This document shows positions 38,132 to 48,467 of a stretch of DNA of 64,000 bases, in pieces. Origin of the DNA: Promethearchaeota archaeon. GTDB taxonomy: Archaea; Asgardarchaeota; Heimdallarchaeia; Hodarchaeales; Hodarchaeaceae. Position numbers and translations under genes: made by a program. The notes under the pieces are model-generated. The model worked only from the letters and a program-made list of their open reading frames with translations. It was not told where the DNA came from and ran no database searches. Every line of letters begins with the position of its first letter. Positions within the stretch are counted from its first letter, which is position 1. The stretch is from positions 151,318 through 215,317 of the forward strand of contig JBHLMN010000005.1 of NCBI GenBank assembly GCA_048938105.1, written 5' to 3'.

Positions 38132-38293
38132 CTCTACACTCCATAAAATAAAGCTAATAATGGTTTTATTTTTTGTTTTCTTTTTTTCTTCAGAGTATTC
38201 AATCTGATATTTCTTTCCAAATATATTACAGAATAATACTTAATTTGGTAAGACAAATATAAAACAATTATTATGGATTTTAAATGAAAAGAA

Positions 38294-39349
38294 ATGATCA
38301 AGAATGAAAATATATCTATTGAAACTCAAATCGACGATGATGAATGGCTTGCTTTTATTCAAAAATGTCCACAAAAGGAAATTTTCCAAACGCCTTATAT
38401 GAGAAACGTTTTCAATAAGACTAAAAATCATAAATCTTTTAGTTTTTTTGCCCGTGATAATAATGATGAAATTGTTGGTTCACTCTTAGCCTATACTGTT
38501 CGAGATAAAGTTCCTTTATCTTTTTTCTCTCGGAGAGCAATAGTTGAAGGTGGACCTATTTTTTTAAACAATGAAAAAGGTAAATTGGCTGCAAAGCTAC
38601 TAATAGATAATTTTTCAAAAGAAATGAAAAAACACGCAATTCTCGCAGAAGTTCGTTATCATAGACCAACAACAAACATCGACTTTTGTTTTCAAGATAT
38701 CAAGTACAATTATATCGAATATGAAAACATTTTAATTGATCTTATTGGGGGAGAAGATGCAATTTGGAAAGGTTTTCATAGAAGAAAAAAGAGTAAAGTT
38801 AAACAAGCAGCAAAAAGAGGCGTTATATGTAGGAGGGTTGAGAGCGAATCTGAAATGAAAGTGGTTTATTCAATTGTTCAAGAGACTCATAATCGAGTAA
38901 AAATGCCTTTAGCAGATGAGTCCCTCTTTACAGCTATTTTTCATGAACTAACCCCTCAAAATCTTGCGTATCCACTTTTAACCGAGCTAAAAGGTGAAAT
39001 AATAGGAGGAATTGTCCCTTTACTATTCGAAAAAGTCATATTCGGTTGGTACATGGCTGGATTAAGAGAATATTCAAATCATTATCATCAAAATGATCTT
39101 ATAGTATGGGAACTTCTCAAATGGGGAAGTAAGAATAATTACAACGTTTTTGACTTTGGCGATGCTGGAGACCCAAATAAACCATCTGGATTGAGAGATT
39201 TTAAAATGCGATTTGGTGGGAAACGAGTAAAATACAATATATATCAGCGTATTTTACGTCCTTATTATTTTAAAATATCTAAAACTGGCTATAAAATTTG
39301 GAGTAAATACTACAAAGGATTAAGGAGAACTATTACGCTGGATAATTGA
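38294..39349 (+). CDS. FemAB/FemX-like GNAT (aminoacyltransferase fold), paralog 1
   Basis: IFQTP, GGPIF, FDFGDAG..GLRDFKMRFGG. Confidence 0.85.
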   Translation: MIKNENISIETQIDDDEWLAFIQKCPQKEIFQTPYMRNVFNKTKNHKSFSFFARDNNDEIVGSLLAYTVRDKVPLSFFSRRAIVEGGPIFLNNEKGKLAAKLLIDNFSKEMKKHAILAEVRYHRPTTNIDFCFQDIKYNYIEYENILIDLIGGEDAIWKGFHRRKKSKVKQAAKRGVICRRVESESEMKVVYSIVQETHNRVKMPLADESLFTAIFHELTPQNLAYPLLTELKGEIIGGIVPLLFEKVIFGWYMAGLREYSNHYHQNDLIVWELLKWGSKNNYNVFDFGDAGDPNKPSGLRDFKMRFGGKRVKYNIYQRILRPYYFKISKTGYKIWSKYYKGLRRTITLDN

Positions 39350-39485
39350 GAACTGAAGGAAATTGAATAATATACTCCAAATTATAAAAAGACCACTTGG
39401 ATCCTGTCCATAGCTACAGAGATAGCAAATATTTAAAGTGATAAAAGAAATATAAAACAATCATAGTGAGTTTTAAGTGCCAAAA

Positions 39486-40514
39486 ATGATTAACAATGAA
39501 AAATTCTCTATTGAAACTCAAATCGACGATGAAGAATGGCTTGCTTTTATTCAAAAATGTCCTCAAAAAGATATCTTCCAAACCCCTCATATGAAAATCG
39601 TTTTTGAAAAAACAAAAGATTACGATCCATTTTGTTTCTTTGCCCGTGATGAGAAAGATGAAATAATCGCTTCTCTTTTAGCATATACTATTCGAGAACC
39701 CGTTCCCTTCTCATACTTCTCCCGAAGAGCAATAGCCGAGGGAGGACCGCTTTTCTTAGAAAATGAAGAAGGCAGATTAGCTGCGAGACTTCTTATAGAA
39801 GAATTTTCTAAAAAAATAAAAAAACATGCTATTTTTGCCGAAATTCGTAATCATCGTTCATCAGAGGAAATCAATTCGATATTTCAACAATCTAAATTCA
39901 ATTTTGTTGACCATTTAAACATAATAATTGACTTAACTAAAGGAAAGGAAGCACTTTGGAACGATATGCATAAACAAAGACGAGCTGGAATCAGACGATC
40001 ATTAAGAAGAGGAGTATCTTGTAAGGTCGTTAAAAGTGAATCTGATATAAAAGTTTTATATGATATCTTAAAAGAAACGTATAAATATGTTAAGGTCCCT
40101 TTCGCAGATGAATCGCTATTCATAGCGATATTTCAAGAGTTGGTTCCAAAGAATTTCGCTAAACCATTTCTTTTACAACTTGATGATTGCCCTATTGCGA
40201 GTTTCGTTCCTCTTATGTATGAAGGTAAAATAATCGAATTTTATACAGGTGGATTACGGGAATATAGTAGATATCATGCAAATGAACTTGCAGTTTGGAA
40301 ACTTCTTGAATGGGGTTCAGAAAACAATTTTAATGTTTTTGATTTTTTTGGTGCTGGCCCCCCAGATAAGAACTACGGAGTAAGGGATTTTAAATTACGT
40401 TTTGGGGGTGAGCTGGTGAATAATGGCAGATACTTGAGAATTTTGCACCCCATTTCTAACAAAATATCAAAATACGGTTATAAAACATGGAAAATTCTGA
40501 AAAAAATATTCTAA
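39486..40514 (+). CDS. FemAB/FemX-like GNAT, paralog 2
   Basis: IFQTP, GGPLF, FDFFGAG..YGVRDFKLRFGG; start placed at ATG 39486 by alignment with paralog 1. Confidence 0.85.
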   Translation: MINNEKFSIETQIDDEEWLAFIQKCPQKDIFQTPHMKIVFEKTKDYDPFCFFARDEKDEIIASLLAYTIREPVPFSYFSRRAIAEGGPLFLENEEGRLAARLLIEEFSKKIKKHAIFAEIRNHRSSEEINSIFQQSKFNFVDHLNIIIDLTKGKEALWNDMHKQRRAGIRRSLRRGVSCKVVKSESDIKVLYDILKETYKYVKVPFADESLFIAIFQELVPKNFAKPFLLQLDDCPIASFVPLMYEGKIIEFYTGGLREYSRYHANELAVWKLLEWGSENNFNVFDFFGAGPPDKNYGVRDFKLRFGGELVNNGRYLRILHPISNKISKYGYKTWKILKKIF

Positions 40515-40777
40515 TTAACCCTCATGACTAAAAGAATCACACAGAAAAGAATGCTTTTAAGTTCACAATTGGTAACTATTGATGATAATATGTATTTATC
40601 CATATTTCACACTTATAATTTCTTTATGTATGTCTTTTAAGATAGGAATTCAAAAGTCTTTATAATTGATATTATTATATTCTAAAACAATCTCTTATTG
40701 AGGAAAAATGGAAGCGTCTATACAAGTAGATAACAATAAAACTCCATAGAGGTATTAAATTACTGGATCTGTTTGAT

Positions 40778-42103
40778 GTGGTAACAAAACTAGACATGAG
40801 TGCTATAATTTCTTCAATTGCATGCAACAATATCGAAACAATCGAAGAATGTAAACTCTATGGCAATATCGATATAAATGCTACAGCTAGAGTAATATCT
40901 AAAAGACAGATTCGGTTTTTACAAAATCCACTGAATGCATTATTTTTGAAAAGAGCTGAAACCTCCGAAATTTCTATCAATAGCATTTTCACAACAGGTT
41001 CCCTCCCTGGGGAAAAACTAGCGGTCTTTGAAAATGGGGAACCAGCCTTGACTATTAAGGATGGAGTATTTTACTTCAATTTTGACCCTTTTTATAGCAT
41101 AAGATATTATCTCAATGAGGAAAAGGGAAGTATTCAAAACAAGTCGATTTTTCCACATCTAATTAAGTTCTATTGGAGGATTCCTAAACTACTTAGGCCT
41201 CAAATCCGAAAAATGGTAAGAAGAAAAAGAAGAAGTAATATTAAACCCCCAGAGGATTTTTTAGGAGTTTATGTTAATATTTTATCAAAAATACTTGAAA
41301 ATTGTTTTATAGAAAATGGTTTTGAAATCAAAGAAGAAAAACGTCTATTTGCAGTAACTCATGATATAGACACTTGTAAGTGTTATAATGATGGTATCAG
41401 CTATATTAGAGAGATCGAGAAGAGTTTAAACATACCTACAACAGTATTCATTGTCCCTTTTGGTCAAGAATATGATCCAGATCTTAACTTACTTGCAGAT
41501 CTTTCGGGGGAGGATTTTGAAATTGGTTTACACGGATTTTCTCATGATGGCCATCTTCTCAGAGAGGGCCCAATTATTTTCGAAAAGAAAATCAAAAAAG
41601 CTTTAAATTTTCTTAAAAATGGAGGTATAGAAATCTTTGGATATAGAAACCCTTATCTCATGAGAAGTGAATTTTTACTCGAATCTCTTTCTAAATTGAG
41701 ATTTCAATATGACAGTAGTTCTCCTGATATAGATACACTTCCTTTGACTCGTCCTTATATTGGATTACATTATAATAAGCCCATTACTCGCACAATAGCG
41801 ATAAAAAACAATATTACTAGAAGAATTCTACAAATTCCAAGCAGTTATCCACAGGATGTTCAAATCTTAGATGATTATAATTTAAATGATAAAGAGGCAT
41901 TTAATTATTTTAAAGTAAAGATTGATTTCATTAAAGACTTTGATGGACTATTTATCTTTCATACACATCCTATCTACTTGATTAATAGGGAAGGATTTTT
42001 CAAAGGAGTGATTGAATATGCTAAATCAAAAAACTTTTTACCTCTTTTGATGAAGGAGATAGCTTCAAAATACCAAAATCAATCGCATGATAATAAATTG
42101 TGA
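40778..42103 (+). CDS. Polysaccharide deacetylase (CE4/NodB-like)
   Basis: VTHDID, EIGLHGFSH, GYRNPYL, YDSS, FHTHP. Confidence 0.85.
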   Translation: MVTKLDMSAIISSIACNNIETIEECKLYGNIDINATARVISKRQIRFLQNPLNALFLKRAETSEISINSIFTTGSLPGEKLAVFENGEPALTIKDGVFYFNFDPFYSIRYYLNEEKGSIQNKSIFPHLIKFYWRIPKLLRPQIRKMVRRKRRSNIKPPEDFLGVYVNILSKILENCFIENGFEIKEEKRLFAVTHDIDTCKCYNDGISYIREIEKSLNIPTTVFIVPFGQEYDPDLNLLADLSGEDFEIGLHGFSHDGHLLREGPIIFEKKIKKALNFLKNGGIEIFGYRNPYLMRSEFLLESLSKLRFQYDSSSPDIDTLPLTRPYIGLHYNKPITRTIAIKNNITRRILQIPSSYPQDVQILDDYNLNDKEAFNYFKVKIDFIKDFDGLFIFHTHPIYLINREGFFKGVIEYAKSKNFLPLLMKEIASKYQNQSHDNKL

Positions 42104-42232
42104 GGTAATGTTTTATTCAAAGTCACTTAGAATCTATTACGATTTACAACAAAAGTAAAACCAAGTGGTTTTAAACTAGTCTTTTTTCCCTGGATTACTG
42201 TGAAATTCTTTATGATTATAGACGACAAAATA

Positions 42233-43435
42233 TTATCTAAAAAGATTGTAATATGATTTTTTCAGCTTAATTGATTGTGTTTCCCACCAGAGTTCTTCAA
42301 ATTCTTTAAGATTTACTTCAGAAGATACATGTGTCTCAGTGACTAATTTTATCAATGCATCATTTATTTCATCTGCAACTGGATTTACTGCTAATCCAAA
42401 AGGAAGTTTGTTTGCCAAGGCTTTCATTTCGCCAAAATTACTTGTAAGAAATCTTTTTCTAAATCTTGCAGCATATAAAACTTTCGTGGGAATGGAAATA
42501 ACATAATCCCTTATTTTTGGATACATTGCATACACTAAATCACAAATGCAAAATATCTCAGTAATTTCATAATTAGAAATCGCATCAAATACTAAGACAT
42601 TATCTTGAATACCTTTGGAATGAATTAACTTTTGAAGATGTCTTCGATACGCAGAACCCGTTGATGAACCACCAATAAGAATTACTTTTACCTTTTTTAC
42701 TTTAATCAAATCTGGTACAGCTTCTATTAGCTCTTTAAGACATCTACCTGGATTAATTGCTCCTGGATATACAATAGTGAATTCAGAATCATCTACTTGC
42801 CACTTTTTTTCCAATGCTGATTTTTCCGAAGCTAAATGATAAATTCTGTTTTGAGTAATGGATGGTGCATTAAATAATACTTGGATATCTTTGACTCCAT
42901 ACCTCCTTATGAATACGTTTGCTTTTGCATTCTCTGCGGTAAACATCAGGTCAACTCGATTTGATAGAAATTTCTCTAACTCTATTATGAGATTAATTAA
43001 GGAGTTATACGTTATTTCGTCAGAAGCAAGTAGTGCAGGATAGTATTCGTGTGAATCGTATACTACATAGGCGTTTTTCATTTTGGCAATACAAAATGCA
43101 AGTGGTAATGTTGTGAAGTCATGTGCTTGATATACTGAATAACGAGGGAGTTTTAGCAGTTGAAAAAACAGTAGGATATTAAATAAAAATAAGTCTTTTA
43201 TCTTTTTAACATTCTTTGGAGAGTTTGTATTGGTTCTAATGATTTTAATGTTTTTATGTGATCCATGAGTGGATTCTCCTGGTCTTTTCCAGGCAAAAAC
43301 AGTCACATCAAAAGCTTTCGTATTAATTAATGATCTTGCTTCCCTGAAAACCCTAGGATCACCTGGATATGTATTGAATAACAGCATTGCAACAGTTTTT
43401 TGCATAGTGATCATCAAGATCCAATGAGAGCTCAA
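42233..43435 (-). CDS. Glycosyltransferase family 4
   Basis: DPRVFREARSL, QAHDF, YDSHEYYP, PTK. Confidence 0.88.
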   Translation of the reverse strand: MSSHWILMITMQKTVAMLLFNTYPGDPRVFREARSLINTKAFDVTVFAWKRPGESTHGSHKNIKIIRTNTNSPKNVKKIKDLFLFNILLFFQLLKLPRYSVYQAHDFTTLPLAFCIAKMKNAYVVYDSHEYYPALLASDEITYNSLINLIIELEKFLSNRVDLMFTAENAKANVFIRRYGVKDIQVLFNAPSITQNRIYHLASEKSALEKKWQVDDSEFTIVYPGAINPGRCLKELIEAVPDLIKVKKVKVILIGGSSTGSAYRRHLQKLIHSKGIQDNVLVFDAISNYEITEIFCICDLVYAMYPKIRDYVISIPTKVLYAARFRKRFLTSNFGEMKALANKLPFGLAVNPVADEINDALIKLVTETHVSSEVNLKEFEELWWETQSIKLKKSYYNLFR

Positions 43436-43718
43436 AGTAATCTGATTATTTTCTCTAGTTTTTTCATGTTTGCACTTAAACCTTTTTAAGAATATAACGA
43501 ATTATAAGAACTCTGATCAGTAAGTATTCTCTATAGAATACGAATAATCCTTGGCTTTTAAAAAAATACTCAAATAGAACATAAAATAAGCTTGGGTATT
43601 TTTTGCTCAGTATCGTTTTTTTTAATTAATCTAAGGCTATTTATCTTTACAAAAACAAATAATCTTCTTTAATTTTAGTGAAAATTGTATTTCTATTATA
43701 TTTATTTTAATTAATTAT

Positions 43719-43747
43719 AAATTCTCAATGGAAAGGTTATATTTATA
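43719..43747 (+). repeat. 29-bp direct repeat copy 1 (BRE/TATA-like)
   Basis: aaattctcaatggaaaggttatatttata; 27/29 identical to 45035-45063. Confidence 0.75.
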
Positions 43748-43752
43748 TATAA

Positions 43753-43947
43753 GGCACAATTGACACTATCTACAAGAATTTTCCAAAGATACTCAATATT
43801 AAATGTCCATTTTATTGGTCACAAAAGGATAAAATTGTAGAAGAGAGACTTAAAAGATTTATAGACATCTATAAAGAGAGAATTGGAACCTTCAAGAACA
43901 TTGTTAAGAAGTTCAAATCGATCAGAAATGGTAAAATAAAACAATGA
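43753..43947 (+). pseudogene. Startless 3' gene remnant whose stop overlaps the DUF354 start
   Basis: Open frame ...YKNFPKILNIKCPFYWSQKDKIVEERLKRFIDIYKERIGTFKNIVKK...Q*, ending in an ATGA overlap at 43944-43947. Confidence 0.5.
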
Positions 43948-44981
43948 GAATACTTATAGATATTGGACATCCAGCGCAGGTTCATCTTTTTAAGCACTTT
44001 ATTTCTGAAATTGAAAAGAAAGGGCATAAGGTTGCACTTACCGCACGAGATAAAGATGTAGTAATAAACCTCTTGAAGGCATATAAAATACCTTTCAGAA
44101 ACCTTGGGAAATATCACGGCACATTAGGAAAGGTGACATCTCTTGTAAATTTTAATATTAAGCTTTTTGGAATATCTAAGAAATTCAAACCTGACCTATT
44201 TATAAGTTCAGGATCTATCCATGCCACACAAACATCGACACTCCTTAGGAAATATTCAATCATATTTCTAGATACTGAACATCACAGTGTACCACAATTT
44301 CAAAACCTGGTCGGACGTTTTACAGATGTAATTTATACTCCTAGTTGTTTTGAAAAAAACTTAGGATCAAATCACCGTCGGTATAATGGTTACCATGAAT
44401 TAGCTTATCTTCATCCACAGTATTTCAAATCTAATGGAGATATTTTAGAAAAAATTGGTCTATCGAAAGATGAAAAGATAATTTTAGTAAGACATGTGGC
44501 TTGGAATGCACAGCATGATATAGGTCAATCAGGTTTAAGACGCGACGATAAAGATTTCTTGAAGAAACTTGAGGATTATGGAACAGTTATATTAACTTCA
44601 GAAAAACAAGTTCCACGTTACTATCGAAAATATGTTTATATTTTTCCACCTGAGGAAATGCACAATATTCTGTATTATTCTAGCCTGTACATTGGAGAAG
44701 GCGCAACAATGACAACTGAAAGTGCTTTACTTGGAACACCAGCGATATATGTTAATAGTATAAAATGTGGGACAATAAATGAGCTGGCAAAATTCGGTTT
44801 AGTTAAAAAATTTCACAAATATTCTGCAAATGAAATACTAGAAGTAGCTATTGACATTTTAGAAGATCCCTCTTCAAAGAAAAATGCTCAAAAAAAGAGC
44901 AAACAACTGATTAAACAAAAGATCAATGTAACACAATTTATGGTTCAAGAAGTTGAAAAAATTGCCAAATTAATTAACTGA
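43944..44981 (+). CDS. DUF354 domain protein (GT-B-like)
   Basis: MRILIDIGHPAQVHLFK, YNGYHELAYLHP, GEGATMTTESALLGTPAI. Confidence 0.88.
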   Translation: MRILIDIGHPAQVHLFKHFISEIEKKGHKVALTARDKDVVINLLKAYKIPFRNLGKYHGTLGKVTSLVNFNIKLFGISKKFKPDLFISSGSIHATQTSTLLRKYSIIFLDTEHHSVPQFQNLVGRFTDVIYTPSCFEKNLGSNHRRYNGYHELAYLHPQYFKSNGDILEKIGLSKDEKIILVRHVAWNAQHDIGQSGLRRDDKDFLKKLEDYGTVILTSEKQVPRYYRKYVYIFPPEEMHNILYYSSLYIGEGATMTTESALLGTPAIYVNSIKCGTINELAKFGLVKKFHKYSANEILEVAIDILEDPSSKKNAQKKSKQLIKQKINVTQFMVQEVEKIAKLIN

Positions 44982-45034
44982 AGATTTCATTTTCAAGAAT
45001 ACAAAAGTAAATCCAGTTCATAAGGATTATAATG

Positions 45035-45063
45035 AAATTCGCAATGGAAAGGTTACATTTATA
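45035..45063 (+). repeat. 29-bp direct repeat copy 2 (BRE/TATA-like)
   Basis: aaattcgcaatggaaaggttacatttata. Confidence 0.75.
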
Positions 45064-45130
45064 ATTGACGCTTTCAAACTATCAAAAGAAATATTTATAG
45101 TAAGGTAATAATGCCTTTATTTGAAGATCG

Positions 45131-47041
45131 GTGGAAATTTTAATGACCCATTTTTATGCTGAATTCTTTCAAACTGGATATTCAAGTGATGCAAAAGAAG
45201 AATTGAAGGAGTTATTTCAAACAAAGTATAATAATTTTGAATTCATTGACCAAGATGGGTTCTTCTTATATGCAGCTGATATTAACAAAAGAAACTTTGA
45301 AATTCAAAAATATGACTCAATGATTGTCTTTTCAATGAATAAACTAAGAAATCCTCCACTAGATACCACTAATACAAAATATGTTAGGAATTATCAAAAT
45401 GGTTATTCGAGCATTATCTCATATAATAGGGAATTACATGAAATTGAGATAATCACAGATCCTTTTGGACTTGATTATATTTATATCGCAGCAATTGATG
45501 AGAAAAGGATCGCAATTTCATCACACATGAAGTATATCTTAGCACATCATACCCACCTATTAAATAAACTAGATTATGATGCCATTATTGAATATTTATT
45601 TAGTCATTTTATTTTTGGGCACAAGACTTTTTTTGTAGATGTCAAGCTCCTCCCTTACAACTCGATAATCAAGTTGAAAAATTGGAAGAGTAATGCTCAT
45701 GAATTAATTAATGATGGTATGGCAGAAAAACAATTTTGGTATAAATTTCCCACAAATTATGAAGAGAATCTTGACTTTAATGAGAAATCGAACGAAGTAG
45801 CAAATTTATTGAAAAGATTAATCGGAACTTTCTATGCTAATCAAGAGTCAGATGTTTCATTTTTATTGTCAGGGGGTTTGGATTCGAGACTATTAGTATC
45901 TACAATAAATGATAATTTTAAGAGTAGATCAGAAGCTTTAACATTTGATAGATCTCCAAAAGGAACAGAAATACCAAGAGCTCTTGAAGTAACAAATATA
46001 GTAAGAATTCCACATCATACACGGATTGTAACCCAAAATGATATTGTTGAAAATTGGATTAACCATATGTGGTCAACTGAAGGAATATCAACTCATGCTG
46101 TTAGTCATTTTCTTAAACTTCTGGAGATCAGTAAAGGAAATAAAGTATATATAGATGGTTATATGGGCGATACTCAATTGGGTGGATCTTTCCTTGGGAA
46201 TATTGAAGAGGAAGTCAAAAGAGGAAAAACTTCACACGAACGTCTATATTTAGCCATAATAGGACATGGTTATACTTTTCCTGAAAAAGTGTTCTCTTCG
46301 ATTTTGAACAACGATATTAATAGTTTGAAGGAAATATTGGTTCAGGGAGTAAAGGAACAATCCAATATGATGTGGGAGACTGAAAACGACATTCTAGATT
46401 TAGAATGTCTTTTACTTCATACCCGCGGGCGTCGTTATACCTTTGGTGGCTCAAGAGTAGTTAGCAATTATGGACCAGTAATGTATCCTTATTATCATCC
46501 TGAAATATTCTCAAAGTATATTGTACTTCAACCAGAATTAAGGAAGAAAAGGAAATTCGAAATAAATACACTGACAAGTTTGAATCCAGATTTAGCTTCA
46601 TTGTCATCAACATCACGTATATGGTACCGTAGATTTAAAATTGGTGTAATTGGGTACAAATTTCTAGTATTCCTTGAATCAATTTTTCGCCACCGTTTAA
46701 TTCCTGCCTATTCACCTGTTCCTATTTTTGAATGGTTGCGAAAAGAAGGGCCATACAGAGATTTATATGATGATCTTCTAATGGATGATAATTCATTGAT
46801 GTGGAATTTATTAGACAACGAAGAAACTAAAAAGGTCTTTCATGATTTTTTTAAGCGAAAAAACAACTATTATAAGGTATTACGGTACATCGTTGATCTT
46901 GAGTTGACATTACGTCTCTTTTTTTCCTTGAGAGAGGTTAATACGGATGTCAGAATGATTAGTAATGTTCTCAAATTTGATAAACATTTCAAAGTTGATT
47001 GTGAATTATCAGAACTAAAAAATAAAACGAGACTTAATTAA
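45131..47041 (+). CDS. Asparagine synthase-related ATP-dependent amide ligase
   Basis: TDPFG, LSGGLDSR, IDGYMGD; no N-terminal Cys. Confidence 0.82.
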   Translation: MEILMTHFYAEFFQTGYSSDAKEELKELFQTKYNNFEFIDQDGFFLYAADINKRNFEIQKYDSMIVFSMNKLRNPPLDTTNTKYVRNYQNGYSSIISYNRELHEIEIITDPFGLDYIYIAAIDEKRIAISSHMKYILAHHTHLLNKLDYDAIIEYLFSHFIFGHKTFFVDVKLLPYNSIIKLKNWKSNAHELINDGMAEKQFWYKFPTNYEENLDFNEKSNEVANLLKRLIGTFYANQESDVSFLLSGGLDSRLLVSTINDNFKSRSEALTFDRSPKGTEIPRALEVTNIVRIPHHTRIVTQNDIVENWINHMWSTEGISTHAVSHFLKLLEISKGNKVYIDGYMGDTQLGGSFLGNIEEEVKRGKTSHERLYLAIIGHGYTFPEKVFSSILNNDINSLKEILVQGVKEQSNMMWETENDILDLECLLLHTRGRRYTFGGSRVVSNYGPVMYPYYHPEIFSKYIVLQPELRKKRKFEINTLTSLNPDLASLSSTSRIWYRRFKIGVIGYKFLVFLESIFRHRLIPAYSPVPIFEWLRKEGPYRDLYDDLLMDDNSLMWNLLDNEETKKVFHDFFKRKNNYYKVLRYIVDLELTLRLFFSLREVNTDVRMISNVLKFDKHFKVDCELSELKNKTRLN

Positions 47042-48348
47042 TGAGATCACTATTTTTCTTCAAAGAAAGCATATTTTTATCTGGAGCTGCAACAATAACT
47101 CAAGTCTTTTGGTTTATCTTCAAGATTATAACCATGAGGCAAGTAACTAATTATGACTACTCAATATTCATTTTCGGTGTTTCAAGTGTTTTAGCGTTTC
47201 AACTTTTTGGCCATTTTCACTTGTTTAAATCAATGTCAATATTGATTTCAAAATATCCAACAGAAAGTTCTGAAGGAAGACAAAATGCACTTGAATCGAA
47301 AGAATACAGAGAAATAATAAAATCACATTTAACTTTAGGACTCATCTTGACCTTTGTATCTGGTATAACACTATCTGTTTTTCTTTATTTGGACACACAA
47401 AACTCCTTTATTTCTCTCGTTTATGCTGCTGATTTATTACTTCAAAATTTAATTTTATATTTCTATTTTCTATTCTTAGGCTTGAAAAAGACTGTCATAG
47501 GAGGTTTAACTCTTTTGGCTACTAACTTATTCAGACTAATTTTACTTATTGGCTTTTCCCTTCATAGAACCATTTCTTTAGAAGGTGTGATCTTATTTTA
47601 TACAATGGGTTCTTTTTTTGCTTTTCTAATGTCATTCATTTTAGCAAAACTTATATTCAACAGCAAATTCTTCCCAATTGGAAGAGATTTAAAAGAGATC
47701 TTGGAGAATTTCTCTATTATAAAAAATGGTATTTTTCTCGCACTTATTTCTATCATAGTTCAAATTTTTTCAACAATTATGTATTTTTTCATCAAATTAT
47801 TCGACTATGCTTCAAGTAAAGAAGCAGATATCTCTTTAATGTTTTGCTCTGCCTTTCTAATTTTTTTCATATCAAGTGGGGTACTTATCTCTGTAAAACC
47901 TCATCTGTTAGTAGAAAAGAGAAAATTTACAAAAGAAATTTTATTTCCTTTAGCTCTCCTTTCTAGCGTATTTACAATTCTTGTTGGGATTTTGTTATTC
48001 TTAAATTTACAAATTTATGAGGATATAAGTGGAATCATTTTTAATATACATTATAAATCCTTACAGCCATATTTGCTTATATCCCTTATCAGTATTCCCT
48101 TTCATTCGATCTACGTGGTCTGTCTAGGTTTTTCTACTGGAAATGGTTTACTAAAGAGGCAATTTAGTTGCAATTTATCTTCATTCATTATTGTTTTACC
48201 CTTTCTCATACTTTTATCTTTTTCTTATGGAGCAAAAGGCGTAATCCTTTCATATTCCTTATTCTCTTTATTTCTTGCATTTTTCTCCATAATTATCATT
48301 TTCACTTTTGAAGCGGAAAAAAGTGATTCTATTCTTTTTTGGTCTTAG
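47041..48348 (+). CDS. Polysaccharide flippase-like (Wzx/MOP) membrane protein
   Basis: About 12 TMs, YGAKGV near the C-terminus; overlaps the stop of the Asn-synthase-like gene. Confidence 0.6.
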   Translation: MRSLFFFKESIFLSGAATITQVFWFIFKIITMRQVTNYDYSIFIFGVSSVLAFQLFGHFHLFKSMSILISKYPTESSEGRQNALESKEYREIIKSHLTLGLILTFVSGITLSVFLYLDTQNSFISLVYAADLLLQNLILYFYFLFLGLKKTVIGGLTLLATNLFRLILLIGFSLHRTISLEGVILFYTMGSFFAFLMSFILAKLIFNSKFFPIGRDLKEILENFSIIKNGIFLALISIIVQIFSTIMYFFIKLFDYASSKEADISLMFCSAFLIFFISSGVLISVKPHLLVEKRKFTKEILFPLALLSSVFTILVGILLFLNLQIYEDISGIIFNIHYKSLQPYLLISLISIPFHSIYVVCLGFSTGNGLLKRQFSCNLSSFIIVLPFLILLSFSYGAKGVILSYSLFSLFLAFFSIIIIFTFEAEKSDSILFWS

Positions 48349-48467
48349 AATGAGTTATCAAGCTTCGCATAGCAGTTAGTCTCTTAGAAAGTCAGATCAA
48401 AAACACTAGTATACCTCATTATTATCTCACGGGTTCTAGTGTAATCATAAAATGAATTGGGTTTATC

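Noticed and set aside
37124-47041. RiPP cluster (radical SAM/SPASM maturase, or lasso cyclase from the Asn-synthase-like gene)
   Set aside because: No precursor peptide, PqqD/RRE or B peptidase seen; all neighbours are glycan genes
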